Shown: positions 20,093-31,746 of the stretch, in pieces
Position numbering within the stretch: position 1 is the first letter of the stretch
Layout: each line of letters opens with the position of its first letter
Source of the DNA: Terriglobia bacterium
Lineage (GTDB): Bacteria; Acidobacteriota; Terriglobia; JAJPHL01; JAPKYU01
Length of the DNA: 64,000 bases
Reading direction: 5' to 3'
Assembly: GCA_965206645.1 (NCBI GenBank)
Contig: CBDBKE010000004.1
Location: 1,792,001 to 1,856,000, forward strand
Program-made: the position numbers and the translations under genes
The notes under the pieces: model-generated
Seen by the model: only the letters and a program-made list of their open reading frames with translations
Database searches by the model: none
Told to the model about the DNA's origin: nothing

Positions 20093-20117
20093 TCCGAACA
20101 GCTTTCTCCGCCGACCC

Positions 20118-22106
<1,989 letters not shown>

Positions 22107-22304
22107 CTTTTGCTCCGTTAGGTGAAAGTCTGCATGCCCGGGCAGGGCTGATAGCTGTTGGTTGCTGGCCGGGGTTAAATGCGGAACCCGCAGTCCGAAT
22201 GCAAACCCCGAATCTACCTTTGCTCTTGCAAGCTTGTCAACGCGGGGAGCCTTTACGGCTCGGGCGTGGAGCAAAAGGACCCACAAAGGAGCCCTCAGAA
22301 AGGC

Positions 22305-22333
22305 TTGACGAGCGGCGAATAAAAAGCGAAAAT
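22305..22333 (+). promoter_or_regulatory. Putative sigma70 promoter overlapped by a GCGAA-N6-GCGAA direct repeat (candidate LexA box)
   Basis: TTGACG-17nt-GAAAAT; GAAT-N7-GAAA resembles the GAAC-N7-GAAC direct-repeat SOS box; precedes an SplB-like gene. Confidence 0.5.
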
Positions 22334-22338
22334 AGGCC

Positions 22339-23349
22339 GTGTCCCAACTCACCCTGGCTCCCTGGCTGCCCCCACGCCAGGGCCCCAACCAACTCGTGGG
22401 CATTGCGAGGCTAGCTGCCGAAAGCCCCTCGCTCGGCACGAAGACGCAGGTGGAGTATCGATCGCTGCCGGTCCGCAGCATCCTGAACCGCTGCGACAGC
22501 AGCCGCGTGCCGTTTGACTACACCATCAACCCTTATCGGGGCTGTGAATTCGGCTGCAAGTATTGCTACGCGCGCTATACGCACGAGTACATGGAGCTGG
22601 ATGGCGGGCTGTTCGAGAACCGCATCTACGCCAAGCAGCGCGCGGCTGAGCTGCTTCGGGCCGAGCTGAAGAAGGCAGAGGGCGCTGAGATTGCCATCGG
22701 CGCGGCCACCGACCCCTACCAGCCGGCCGAGCGCCGCTTTGGTGTCACCCGGCAGATTCTGGAAGTGATCGCCGAGAGGGCGCGCGGGGTGCGGCTCTCG
22801 ATCACGACGAAATCCGACCTGGTCGTGCGCGACCTCAGCCTGCTGCGGCGGATCGGCAGGTGCAACTCTGTTCACGTGAACGTGACCATCACCACCTTGC
22901 ATGCCCCGCTGGCACGGACGCTGGAGCCGCGCGCGCCCGGCCCTGACTTGCGCCTGTCTGCCGTGCGCTGTCTGGCCGAAGGCGGCGTCTGGGTTGGAGT
23001 TTTCGCCGCTCCAGTTCTGCCAGCCATCACCGACAACCCGAATGACCTGCAGGCGGTGGCGCGGGAGGCAGCGGCGGCCGGCGCTCGCCATTTCATGGCC
23101 TCGGCGTTGTTCTTGATGCCCTCAGCGCAAAAGCAGTTCTTCCCCTTCCTGGAAACCCAATTCCCTCATCTGGTGGCGGCCTACCGGAGGAGCTATCAGC
23201 GCGGCGCCTATCTGGGCGATCACTATCAACAGCGCCTTCAGAAGCTGGTCAGCCGACTACGGGAGCAGTATGGGCTGTTGCCGAGCCCCCGCACCTATCC
23301 AGTGGAAGCTCCGCAGGCACCCGCCCAAGCGGGACTGTTTGGCCCGTAG
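22339..23349 (+). CDS. SplB-like radical SAM DNA repair protein (Rv2578c/PA0069 type)
   Basis: [40 protein letters not shown]. Confidence 0.88.
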   Translation: MSQLTLAPWLPPRQGPNQLVGIARLAAESPSLGTKTQVEYRSLPVRSILNRCDSSRVPFDYTINPYRGCEFGCKYCYARYTHEYMELDGGLFENRIYAKQRAAELLRAELKKAEGAEIAIGAATDPYQPAERRFGVTRQILEVIAERARGVRLSITTKSDLVVRDLSLLRRIGRCNSVHVNVTITTLHAPLARTLEPRAPGPDLRLSAVRCLAEGGVWVGVFAAPVLPAITDNPNDLQAVAREAAAAGARHFMASALFLMPSAQKQFFPFLETQFPHLVAAYRRSYQRGAYLGDHYQQRLQKLVSRLREQYGLLPSPRTYPVEAPQAPAQAGLFGP

Positions 23350-23464
23350 GCGAGGTGCGAACGCCTTACGGCTGGACGGCCGTTATAACTGCAGTGCCTT
23401 CCGTTGCCATTTGTGGTAAAAAGGCCAGATCAGCGCCTGGCCGGATCAGCGCTGGGAGGTTCCG

Positions 23465-24607
23465 ATGAAGAAATGGGCTTTGGCACTTGTCCTGCTTCTG
23501 GCCATTCCCACCTGGGGGGAGAAGAAGTACAAGATTGTCACCGACTCTCCAGAGGATAAGAGGCTCATGGAAATCGAGGGAGAGCCTGACACCAAGAAGC
23601 GTCTGGCGATGCTGGAGGAGTTCGCCCAGAAGTTCGCCGGCAGCGAGGCTCTGCCCTACACCTACCAGATGTACTCGGCGGCCTACCTGGAACTGAAACA
23701 GTACGACAAGGCGGTCGAGTATGGCGAGATGGCGGCGGACGCCGACGACGAAGACCTGGATGCGCTGATCACCCTGGTTCGCGCCGCGCTGGAAACGAAG
23801 GACTACGCCCGCGTCCACAAGTGGAGCGTGGCGGCTGTGCCCCTCCATACGAAGGCCAAGGCCGATCCTATGGAGGACCTGGATGATGAAGACTTTGACG
23901 CGGAGCATGCCAAGCTAAAGAGCTATCTGGAATTTCTGGAGTACTCCCTGTTCCAGGCGGCGGCGCAAGATACCACGCCGGAGCGGGTGAAATACCTGGA
24001 CTCGTTTGCCCAGAGCTTTCCCGAAAGCGAACAGATCAAGCAGCTGCCCGCGCTCTACGCAGTAACCTACCAGAGGCTCGGCGACGTCCCCAAGATGTTG
24101 GAGTCTGCGGAGAAGGCCATTGAGACCGAGCCGGAAAACGAGAGCATGCTGCTGCTGCTCGCTGAGACCCGCACCCATCAATTAATGGCCCAAACCGAGG
24201 GCCGCAAGCCCGAAGAAGTGGAGGAAGTGCAGCAACTGGGGGAGCGTCTGCTTGAGGTGGTGCAGACCAAGAGCGCGCCGGAAGGGGTGGCCGAGGCCGA
24301 TTGGGAGCACCATCTGAACAACTTTCGCGGCGCTGGACATTCGATTATGGGCCGCGTCCTGATGATGCAAGAAAAGATCGAGGACGCCTTGAAGGAGCTG
24401 GAGGCTGCTGCCCCGCTACTGGAAGGCAACGTGCAAGCCCTCAGCCCGGTGCTTTTCTTCCAAGGCTGGGGCTATGCCAAGCTCATCCGTAACGAAGAAG
24501 CCCGCACCGTGTTGGAGCGGTGCGTGGAAATGGGCGGCGCCTATGCTCAAGCGGCCGGGGGAATCCTGAAAAAACTGCCTCCCCCCAAGAGAAGAAGAAG
24601 AAGGTAG
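23465..24607 (+). CDS. Exported TPR-like helical repeat protein
   Basis: Signal peptide, GGAGG RBS, TPR-like helices (AEKAIETEPEN), basic C-terminus. Confidence 0.7.
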   Translation: MKKWALALVLLLAIPTWGEKKYKIVTDSPEDKRLMEIEGEPDTKKRLAMLEEFAQKFAGSEALPYTYQMYSAAYLELKQYDKAVEYGEMAADADDEDLDALITLVRAALETKDYARVHKWSVAAVPLHTKAKADPMEDLDDEDFDAEHAKLKSYLEFLEYSLFQAAAQDTTPERVKYLDSFAQSFPESEQIKQLPALYAVTYQRLGDVPKMLESAEKAIETEPENESMLLLLAETRTHQLMAQTEGRKPEEVEEVQQLGERLLEVVQTKSAPEGVAEADWEHHLNNFRGAGHSIMGRVLMMQEKIEDALKELEAAAPLLEGNVQALSPVLFFQGWGYAKLIRNEEARTVLERCVEMGGAYAQAAGGILKKLPPPKRRRRR

Positions 24608-24650
24608 CCCCGTTCCCTTGGTCGGTGGGGCAGGCTTTCCCGTTCCGACC

Positions 24651-24740
24651 GCCGACTGCTCACTGCCTACTGCCTACTGTTCTGCAGCCGAACCGCCGCC
24701 GACTGTACCCCGCCTACTGCCCACTGCCTGCTGCCTACTG
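24651..24740. repeat. Degenerate heptamer tandem repeats (ACTGCCT type) between convergent genes
   Basis: actgctc actgcct actgcct actgttc ... actgccc actgcct gctgcct actgttt. Confidence 0.7.
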
Positions 24741-25844
24741 TTTCGGCACTATCTTCACCGCCAGGTCACTCGGCCCCACCCCAACCGGCAGGATGGTGAG
24801 TAGGGAGATGGGGTTAGCCTGAACGCGGAGGACGGCCATGTCGTTCGAGTGAAAGTTCAGCACCAGCAGGAAGCGCTCGTCGGCAGTCAGCGCCAGGCGG
24901 AAGGGTCCGGTACCGGTAGGCACGTCCGCCAGAAGCTCGCGGGTCTCGATGTCCACCACGCTGACGCTGTTGGAAGCGAAATTGGCGACGTAGCCACGGG
25001 CGCCGTCGCCGCTAACCAGCGTCTCGACTGGCTCGGCGCCCACCGGCATCGTCAGGGCGACCTCGTCGGTGTAGGTGCTCAGGATGGTGATGGAATTCGA
25101 GCCGGCATTGCTGGCGATCATTTCTCCGCCATCCGGTTTCAGCGCCAAATGCACTGGCCGCGTGCCGACCGGCAGGTGGACCAGCAGCTTCCTCTGCTGC
25201 AAGTCCACCGCGGAAACCTGGCTAGCGTCGGGCTGGGCGGCGAAGGCCTGAGAACTATCGGGCAAGATCTCCACCCAGGCTGGCGCGGCCGGCAGGGGTA
25301 CCCGCGCCGCTACCATCCCCTTTGCTAGGTCCAGGATTAGAAGCTGCCGACCGGCGGCGTCGCCCACGCATAGCAAATTGCGAGTAGGAGCCAGACTCCA
25401 GGCCACAGGCTCGCAGCCTGGACCCAGCTGAATCGTGTTGATTACCCGGCGCTCCCGCAGGTCCACGATGTGGACCGCAGGCTCCACCCGGCTCAACACA
25501 AAGGCGGTGTTGCCGCCTGCGTTGACCTCCAGCCGCACAGGGCTCCCGGCCACCGCTATGCTGGCATCTAACTGCAGTCGCACGGCATCAATCACTTCCA
25601 AGCGCCCGGCCCGCGTCGCCACGTAAACCTCGTTGCGGACCGGGCCGGCGCGTACCGCGACGGGAGCACGGCTAACGGGGATGGAAGCAACCGTGCTCAC
25701 GCGGTCCAGGTCAATGACCGTCACCACGTTGCTGCGTTCGGCGGCCACGAATACCAGTTCGCGGTGCGGTACAGCCGACTGCTTTTTACACGCGCTTGAC
25801 CCCGAGAGGACGAGGAGGAGGAAGCAGGTGAGTGGCTGTCTCAT
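24735..25844 (-). CDS. YncE/YVTN beta-propeller repeat protein, probable lipoprotein
   Basis: SSAC lipobox-like site; repeats VGTRPVHLALKPDG, YVANFASNSVSVVD, TGTGPFRLALT. Confidence 0.85.
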   Translation of the reverse strand: MRQPLTCFLLLVLSGSSACKKQSAVPHRELVFVAAERSNVVTVIDLDRVSTVASIPVSRAPVAVRAGPVRNEVYVATRAGRLEVIDAVRLQLDASIAVAGSPVRLEVNAGGNTAFVLSRVEPAVHIVDLRERRVINTIQLGPGCEPVAWSLAPTRNLLCVGDAAGRQLLILDLAKGMVAARVPLPAAPAWVEILPDSSQAFAAQPDASQVSAVDLQQRKLLVHLPVGTRPVHLALKPDGGEMIASNAGSNSITILSTYTDEVALTMPVGAEPVETLVSGDGARGYVANFASNSVSVVDIETRELLADVPTGTGPFRLALTADERFLLVLNFHSNDMAVLRVQANPISLLTILPVGVGPSDLAVKIVPKQ

Positions 25845-25982
25845 CTGGCGCCGTTGCCCATCAGCCTACCCTGCGATCCGCCTGCCTGTCAAAAACAGGC
25901 TCGATTCTGGTTTTCTACGACAAAAAACGGTCGTGCGGCCCCGCATGGGCGCTGCCGCACTGCGAGCCATCGGGCTGAGGCG

Positions 25983-26651
25983 TCATCCAGAGCGGAGTGC
26001 CTCCTCCAGCAGAGAATTCACGCTCTTCAGGCATTCCAAGACGAAGATCTTGCGCCCCTCGCGGGACTGCCACCAGCGCCGAGGCTCAAACCAATCGTCG
26101 GGGGCGGGATAAGCCAGCACGCGCAGGCGCCCGCGGCTGGCGTGAAGAAACGCGCGGCGAGCGCGGCGGGTGTGGTAGTTGGAAGTCACCACGTAGAGCG
26201 AGCGGATACCTCTGCGCTCCAACATGCCGGTCAGCAATTGCGCTTCCCGCCAGGTGGAACGGGCGGCGTGGGGAATGGAGAGCAGGTCTTCCTCGCGGAT
26301 TCCCTGCGAAATTGCCAATGGCACCGAGAGCTCTGTCTCGTGGATGCCATAGCCCCATTTCGGTCCACTCAGCACCACTTTGCGGACCCAGCCCTTACGG
26401 TACAGGTGAACGGCGGCACGGACGCGGTAGCCTGCGTAGCTATTGTCGCCACCCAGCACCACGGCGGCATCCGCCCTCTCCAGCGGATCAGACACGACCA
26501 GCATCCAAGACAGGCCCGGCAGCAACGGCTGCCGCAACAGGTAGATGGTCCCGCATGCCACCAACACCGCGACCAACAGCAGTGCCCAGCGTCGCCGCCT
26601 GGGCCTGGCCCCTGGAGGGGCGGCGCGCTTGCCCGAGGGCTGTCGCTTCAT
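25983..26651 (-). CDS. YdcF/ElyC/SanA (DUF218) family protein
   Basis: ADAAVVLGG, VVLSG, STWREA, VVTSNYHTRRA; ATG overlaps the upstream stop. Confidence 0.88.
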   Translation of the reverse strand: MKRQPSGKRAAPPGARPRRRRWALLLVAVLVACGTIYLLRQPLLPGLSWMLVVSDPLERADAAVVLGGDNSYAGYRVRAAVHLYRKGWVRKVVLSGPKWGYGIHETELSVPLAISQGIREEDLLSIPHAARSTWREAQLLTGMLERRGIRSLYVVTSNYHTRRARRAFLHASRGRLRVLAYPAPDDWFEPRRWWQSREGRKIFVLECLKSVNSLLEEALRSG

Positions 26652-27352
26652 CTGGCGACCTTCAACACCCCACCCGTGGAGGCGTGCACGTACACGGTAA
26701 AGGGGCTGGTGGTGCATCCTACGTCGTAGCAAACGAGCCACACCAGCCCCTGGTAGGATTGGCTGTACTCCAACAAGAAGGTAACCGGTGTCTGAGGATT
26801 TTTTTTGCGGAAGGCCTTCCCTTCCTTCGCTTCGGCCACTTCGAACGCCTGATTGCTGTCAGTCCGAAAACCTGCCACCAAGAACGTCGGGCCGCTGAGT
26901 TCCGATTCGGCGCCGTACCGCTCATCGTGCCCCGCAAAGACTCCCTCATGCAGGTTCTGCGTTTTTACGGTGGAGTAGGTATAGGTTTTGTACTTCCGCA
27001 GGGAGGGAGAGGCGAAGCTGGCGGTCCAGGCAGTGGCTAAGCCCCCGACTCCGGTGGATTGCTTTAGATAGAAGTTGGTGAGGTGAAAGGGCTTCGCATC
27101 GCGTGCCCAGGAACGCGCAGCCACAAACATGTTCTGAAAGGCCTGGCGCCCGGTGACTTCCTTGGGTGGCTCGGGGGCTTCCGTCTCCTCCGTTCGGAAA
27201 GATGGGGCCTCGCCACTACCGCAGCCGCCCGCCAGCAGCAACACCAGGCTGGCTGACAGGATCGCAGTGGAGCGGAAGACCGGAGAAACAGAACGAGGCC
27301 GTCGAACCCACGCAAGCACCCTCGCAGCGCGAGACAACGCAAAGAGGTGCAT
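26648..27352 (-). CDS. Hypothetical lipoprotein
   Basis: LLLAGGC lipobox; coupled to the DUF218 gene; TATAAT upstream; start uncertain. Confidence 0.65.
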   Translation of the reverse strand: MHLFALSRAARVLAWVRRPRSVSPVFRSTAILSASLVLLLAGGCGSGEAPSFRTEETEAPEPPKEVTGRQAFQNMFVAARSWARDAKPFHLTNFYLKQSTGVGGLATAWTASFASPSLRKYKTYTYSTVKTQNLHEGVFAGHDERYGAESELSGPTFLVAGFRTDSNQAFEVAEAKEGKAFRKKNPQTPVTFLLEYSQSYQGLVWLVCYDVGCTTSPFTVYVHASTGGVLKVAR

Positions 27353-27448
27353 CGGTGCACCTGATTATACGCCCGCGGCACGCCACGCAGAACGAACGGC
27401 GGAGCAGCGGAACCCTATTGTGTACACAATTGGTCCACCCCTCCGGCG

Positions 27449-27510
27449 TTGCTCAATTGTCGTTGCTCGATTGGCGTTGCCCACTTGTCGATTGGCTTTG
27501 CTCGCTTGTC
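27449..27510. repeat. Degenerate 7-nt periodic tract
   Basis: ttgctca attgtcg ttgctcg attggcg ttgccca cttgtcg attggct ttgctcg cttgtca. Confidence 0.6.
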
Positions 27511-28639
27511 AATGACCCACGCCGGACTGGAGGACGGCCCGCACTCGGCCCAGTGCTTCCGGAAAGAGCGCCCCTGCTACCCCAAAGCCCAATCGGAAGT
27601 GGGCTGGCATGCTAAAGGTGTATCCTGGGGCAACCAGCACTCCGGCTTCCTTCACCAGCCTGCGGCAGAGCGGTTCGGAATCCGCTTGGTGTTTCAGCCA
27701 GGGGAAGCAGGTAAAGCCGCCCTGCGGCTCCACCCAGCCGATCTGCCCGGTCAGGTCGCCGACCAGCGCTGCCAGAGCGCGCAGGTTCTGCGCAGCCAGA
27801 TTGGTATTCCGCTCCCAGATGGTTCGGTAGCGCCGCAAGGCCAGGGCCGCCAGTCGCTCGCTCAGCACGCTACTGGAGATGGTGATGAAGCTGCGTGCGT
27901 TGTAATAGGCCTGGCGACGGAAGTCGTCGCGCTCCAGGATCCAGCCGATGCGCAGGCCCGCCAGGCTTAAGGCCTTCGATACGTCGCCAATCACCACTGC
28001 GTTGGGGATCTGGGCGGCACTGGCACGCTCGCGTCCATCGTAGTAAATGCCGTGATACACCTCATCGCTGATGAAGCGGATACCTCGGGCCGCCGCCAGC
28101 TCGCCGACCGCGCGGACTTGCTCCGGCTCCATCACCACTCCGGTGGGGTTGTGAGGGCTGCAGACGACGATGGCGCGCGTCTCCCGGTCGATCAACTGAG
28201 GCAGCTCGCCGAGGTCGAGGCGAAACTCGTTCTCAGGGCGAAGCCGCCAGTAGCGCACCTCAGCCCCCAGGGCGCGCGGGATGCCATCCATGGCGGGGTA
28301 GCAGGGATGGGGGACGATGACGTTGGCGCCTCGCACGCATACGTCGAACAAAATTAGCCACAGCGCCTCGCCCGCGCCGGTAGTCACCTGCACCCACTCC
28401 GGGTCAATCCCGCCGCCGTAGAAGTCGGCCACGGCGCGCCGCAGTTCCCGCGTGCCAGCGGCGTGCACGTAGTTGAGCAGTACCCTGCCCAGTTCGGCCC
28501 AACCCGTTTCGCCATCCTCTTCCAGCTCCAGCAGTTGCTCCGCCGTCCAGAGCGGGCCTGTACTGGCGGCCAGGTTGAACTCAACGTCGGTCTCGTACTC
28601 ATTCAGCCAGGTGGCCAGAGCGAACTCTTCAATTTCCAT
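27509..28639 (-). CDS. PLP-dependent aminotransferase class I/II
   Basis: VTTGAGEAL, SPHNPTG, SDEVY, DVSKALSLAGLRIGW, HFRLGFG; start ATG 28639 (the longer ORF runs into the IS). Confidence 0.9.
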   Translation of the reverse strand: MEIEEFALATWLNEYETDVEFNLAASTGPLWTAEQLLELEEDGETGWAELGRVLLNYVHAAGTRELRRAVADFYGGGIDPEWVQVTTGAGEALWLILFDVCVRGANVIVPHPCYPAMDGIPRALGAEVRYWRLRPENEFRLDLGELPQLIDRETRAIVVCSPHNPTGVVMEPEQVRAVGELAAARGIRFISDEVYHGIYYDGRERASAAQIPNAVVIGDVSKALSLAGLRIGWILERDDFRRQAYYNARSFITISSSVLSERLAALALRRYRTIWERNTNLAAQNLRALAALVGDLTGQIGWVEPQGGFTCFPWLKHQADSEPLCRRLVKEAGVLVAPGYTFSMPAHFRLGFGVAGALFPEALGRVRAVLQSGVGH

Positions 28640-28696
28640 GTGCGTGTCCCAAAAGACGGAATCATTGCATTCTTGAAGTAGCGAATCAATAATCAA

Positions 28697-30344
28697 CCGG
28701 AATTTCCTTTTTGGCCTTCCGGCGATTGGAAATATACACGCATCTGCGTCCCAGCGAGTACAATGTTTTCTCCGAGAGGACCATCGGCTCCGAGCGTCCC
28801 TTTCGGGGTCCCCTAAAACCGTCCAATCAGCATCCAAACCCAGCTTTTTCAGACAACTCTCCATACCTGGGGGATAGCGGCATCGTTTTCTTGTGTGCCG
28901 TAGCCCAGGCTATCCCGACGGGAGTGCCAATCCATCGATCCGCCCCAGCATGCTGGCAAACAGCCGTCGGGTCAAATGGCCCTCGGCCAGCAGGAGCCAG
29001 TAGTACCGTGAGTGTTTTAGGAGCCGTCCTCCGGTTTTCACCAGCCGCTGCTGGAGGCTCGTCAAGGACCATTTCTCGATTCTCTGTGGCAGCACTAGCC
29101 GTCGCCACAGGTTGCCCAGGTTGTAGGCGATGATCGTCAGCCAAAGCCGTACCTCGTTAGATCGGAACTTGTGGCAACTGAGCCGCGTCATCTTCACCGC
29201 CTGCTTGCCTTCCTTGATCCACTGTTCTGCGGTGCCGCGCTTGTTATAGAATCGCACCACCGCCCGATTCGGCAGCGTCAGATTCGTTACAATGAACCCC
29301 ACTCGCGGGAACAACTCCCCGGAATGATGCTCTACTTTCGCCACCACCCTTCGAGCCGTCTTCCAACCGGCTGCCTGGTACAAGAACCCCTTGTACTCGA
29401 CCAGCGGTTTCTTGGTGGGCCTTCCCACGGGGCGTTTCAGTAGCTCTTCGATGTCTCGCTGCAGAATATCGTTGGCCGGGATGCGAATTGCGTACTTCAC
29501 ACCCCGTTCCTCCAATGCCTCGTACACCTCCGGCTTGGCAAAGGCCGCGTCCGCCCGAAACGCAATCTCTTTTCCCATTCTTTGCTGGCGCTCAATCTCG
29601 GGTAACAGGAGTTTCTCCCAACCCTCGGCACTGTGCACGTTGCCCGGACGCAGCTGGGCCGCCAGACAGTCGCCGTCTCGATTGAACAAAAGCAGCGGGT
29701 GATAGCAAGTGGACTCGAAGTGCCCGTTGTAGGCGCTCTGTTCCTGCTCCCCGTAGACCGGAATCTCGGTTGAGTCCATATCCAGCACCGCTCGGTAGTG
29801 CCACTGGAAGGCTTCGACCTTTCCGATCAGTTCCCGGTTGATCCGGGCTAACCCGACGAAGTTCTCCACCTTCGCCAGCATCTCCGTCTCGAAAGTTTGC
29901 AACCTGGAGGTCAGCGCCGCGCCTCGTTCCCAAGTCTTCTCTGAACCAATCAGCCGAAAGGTCGGGTCTTGCGACAGCCGCTCGGCATCATTTACATCCT
30001 CGTATCCAGCTAGGCGACTGTAGACCGACTGCCGCAGCAAGTCCGCGAAAGAAAACCGAGCATTGTTTGCCCGCGAATCGGTCAGGTGCTCGTCAATGAG
30101 TTCGCTGAATCCCAGACGCTCATCCAACTCCCGGACCAGAATCAGTCCACCATTGGAAGTCACCCGTGATCCCTGAAATCCGACTCGCAGGAATCGGTTG
30201 AACGACAGCTGAAATCCCTGTTTTCCGCTCTCACCCATTGGGTTTACGCCTCCGAACGCTCCGATTGATGCTGCAACCAGTATCAACATTGACGTTGGAG
30301 GTTAGCTGAAGGTTGCCGCTGCGTTTTCAAAAAGGAAATCCGGG
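28697..30344 (-). mobile_element. IS1380 family element, 1648 bp, complete
   Basis: IRs CCGGAATTTCCTTTTTG / CCCGGATTTCCTTTTTG; 5-bp target duplication ATCAA (28692-96 and 30345-49). Confidence 0.92.
28910..30238 (-). CDS. IS1380 family DDE transposase
   Basis: TSNGGLIL, AGYEDVND, LDMDST, YHPLL, LRPGN, RADAAF, YNKRGTAEQWIKEGK. Confidence 0.93.
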   Translation of the reverse strand: MGESGKQGFQLSFNRFLRVGFQGSRVTSNGGLILVRELDERLGFSELIDEHLTDSRANNARFSFADLLRQSVYSRLAGYEDVNDAERLSQDPTFRLIGSEKTWERGAALTSRLQTFETEMLAKVENFVGLARINRELIGKVEAFQWHYRAVLDMDSTEIPVYGEQEQSAYNGHFESTCYHPLLLFNRDGDCLAAQLRPGNVHSAEGWEKLLLPEIERQQRMGKEIAFRADAAFAKPEVYEALEERGVKYAIRIPANDILQRDIEELLKRPVGRPTKKPLVEYKGFLYQAAGWKTARRVVAKVEHHSGELFPRVGFIVTNLTLPNRAVVRFYNKRGTAEQWIKEGKQAVKMTRLSCHKFRSNEVRLWLTIIAYNLGNLWRRLVLPQRIEKWSLTSLQQRLVKTGGRLLKHSRYYWLLLAEGHLTRRLFASMLGRIDGLALPSG

Positions 30345-30392
30345 ATCAATTGCCCGGTGCGGGGGTAGGTACGCAAGAGTGGCCTCTTTGTG

Positions 30393-31658
30393 ATGCCCAT
30401 CGCGCAAGTTCTGTCCAGATGCAAGCGTCGGCGAACAGCACGAGCTGTGTCCGTTTCAGTTAGCTGCGCGCTCGTCCTGTTGCTCGTTGTCCCTTTAGCC
30501 GCCCAGGTCAACTCGAAGACCGAAGAAATTCACCAGGCTCGCCGGCAAAAAGCGGCGGCCACCGCACCCGAGAAGGTCTCCGGAACAGAGAAAGCCCTGA
30601 ACACCATTAAAGATAAAAAACTGTTGGAACGCTTCGCAGCTGGTGTTGCTGGCTTTCGCCTTCAATTTGGCGGACTGGCGACCGGTCAGGGTTTCGCCCT
30701 GGGACCCGAATACCTGCGGCAGAACTTGGCCAACGGAAATCTCACTTTCCGTGGATCCGCGCGGTGGTCGATTGCGAGAGCGCAACTGTACGATCTCCAG
30801 TTGACACTGCCCAGGCTGGCGAATGAGAAGGTGTTTGTCGATCTCTACACCGTGCATCGAAACTATCCGAGGGTCGGCTATTTCGGGCCAGGACCAGACT
30901 CGGAGGAAGGCAGCCGCACCAACTTCCGGCTCGAAAACACCGCCTATGACTTCACTGCCGGAGTCAAGCCATTACGCAGCTTAAAGCTGGGTGTCACGGG
31001 AGGGTATCTCCAGGTGAACACCGGGCCGGGGACGCGTCCGGGGATAGCCTCTATCGAAGAGGTCTTCACCCCGGAGACTACTCCCGGCCTCGACAGGCAG
31101 TCCGACTTCCTCCGCGGCGCGGGCTTTATCCAGTTCGACAATCGCGACAATCCGGGTGGACCTCGCTCGGGGGGAAACTATCTGGCGAGCTTCACTTACT
31201 ACGATGACCGCATCCTCGCTCGGCATAACTTCCGTCACCTGCAACTGGAAGCCCAGCAGTACATACCTTTCTTCAACAGCCGTCGCGTCATTGCGTTGCG
31301 CGCCCGATCGATTCTGAGCTTTAACAACCCGGGCCAGAGTGTTCCTTTCTATCTACAGCCGGTCCTTGGCGGATCGGATGACCTTCGAGGGTTCCGGTCG
31401 TACCGCTTCTACGACGACAACCAGATTGTCGTCAATGCTGAATATCGTTGGGAATCTTTCACGGGACTAGACATGGCGCTGTTTTTCGACGCCGGTAAAG
31501 TCACACCAAAACGCTCCCAGATCAACTTCCATGATCTGGAAACTGCGGCCGGTTTTGGTTTTCGTTTCAACGTCCGCAACAACGTCTTCCTGCGCCTTGA
31601 CGTTGGCTTTAGCCATGAGGGATTTCAGTTCTGGTTTAAGTTTGGGAACCCATTTTGA
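30393..31658 (+). CDS. Omp85 (BamA/TamA superfamily) beta-barrel with no evident POTRA domains
   Basis: Signal-like N-terminus; alternating beta-strands; DNRDNP, LGGSDDLRGF, NAEYRW, FFDAGKV, GFGFRF; C-terminal Phe. Confidence 0.85.
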   Translation: MPIAQVLSRCKRRRTARAVSVSVSCALVLLLVVPLAAQVNSKTEEIHQARRQKAAATAPEKVSGTEKALNTIKDKKLLERFAAGVAGFRLQFGGLATGQGFALGPEYLRQNLANGNLTFRGSARWSIARAQLYDLQLTLPRLANEKVFVDLYTVHRNYPRVGYFGPGPDSEEGSRTNFRLENTAYDFTAGVKPLRSLKLGVTGGYLQVNTGPGTRPGIASIEEVFTPETTPGLDRQSDFLRGAGFIQFDNRDNPGGPRSGGNYLASFTYYDDRILARHNFRHLQLEAQQYIPFFNSRRVIALRARSILSFNNPGQSVPFYLQPVLGGSDDLRGFRSYRFYDDNQIVVNAEYRWESFTGLDMALFFDAGKVTPKRSQINFHDLETAAGFGFRFNVRNNVFLRLDVGFSHEGFQFWFKFGNPF

Positions 31659-31746
31659 GGCGGAGAGTGCCATTTGTGAGGTGAGTCGTTCGGATATGGA
31701 GGGTTTAGGACAAGACGTGTAGCAGAAGTCTCGGGAGGCTGGCCTT

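Noticed and set aside
24586-24607. AGA repeat encoding KRRRR at the TPR protein end as a phase-variable tract
   Set aside because: Triplet unit at the extreme C-terminus, so length change would not shift the frame
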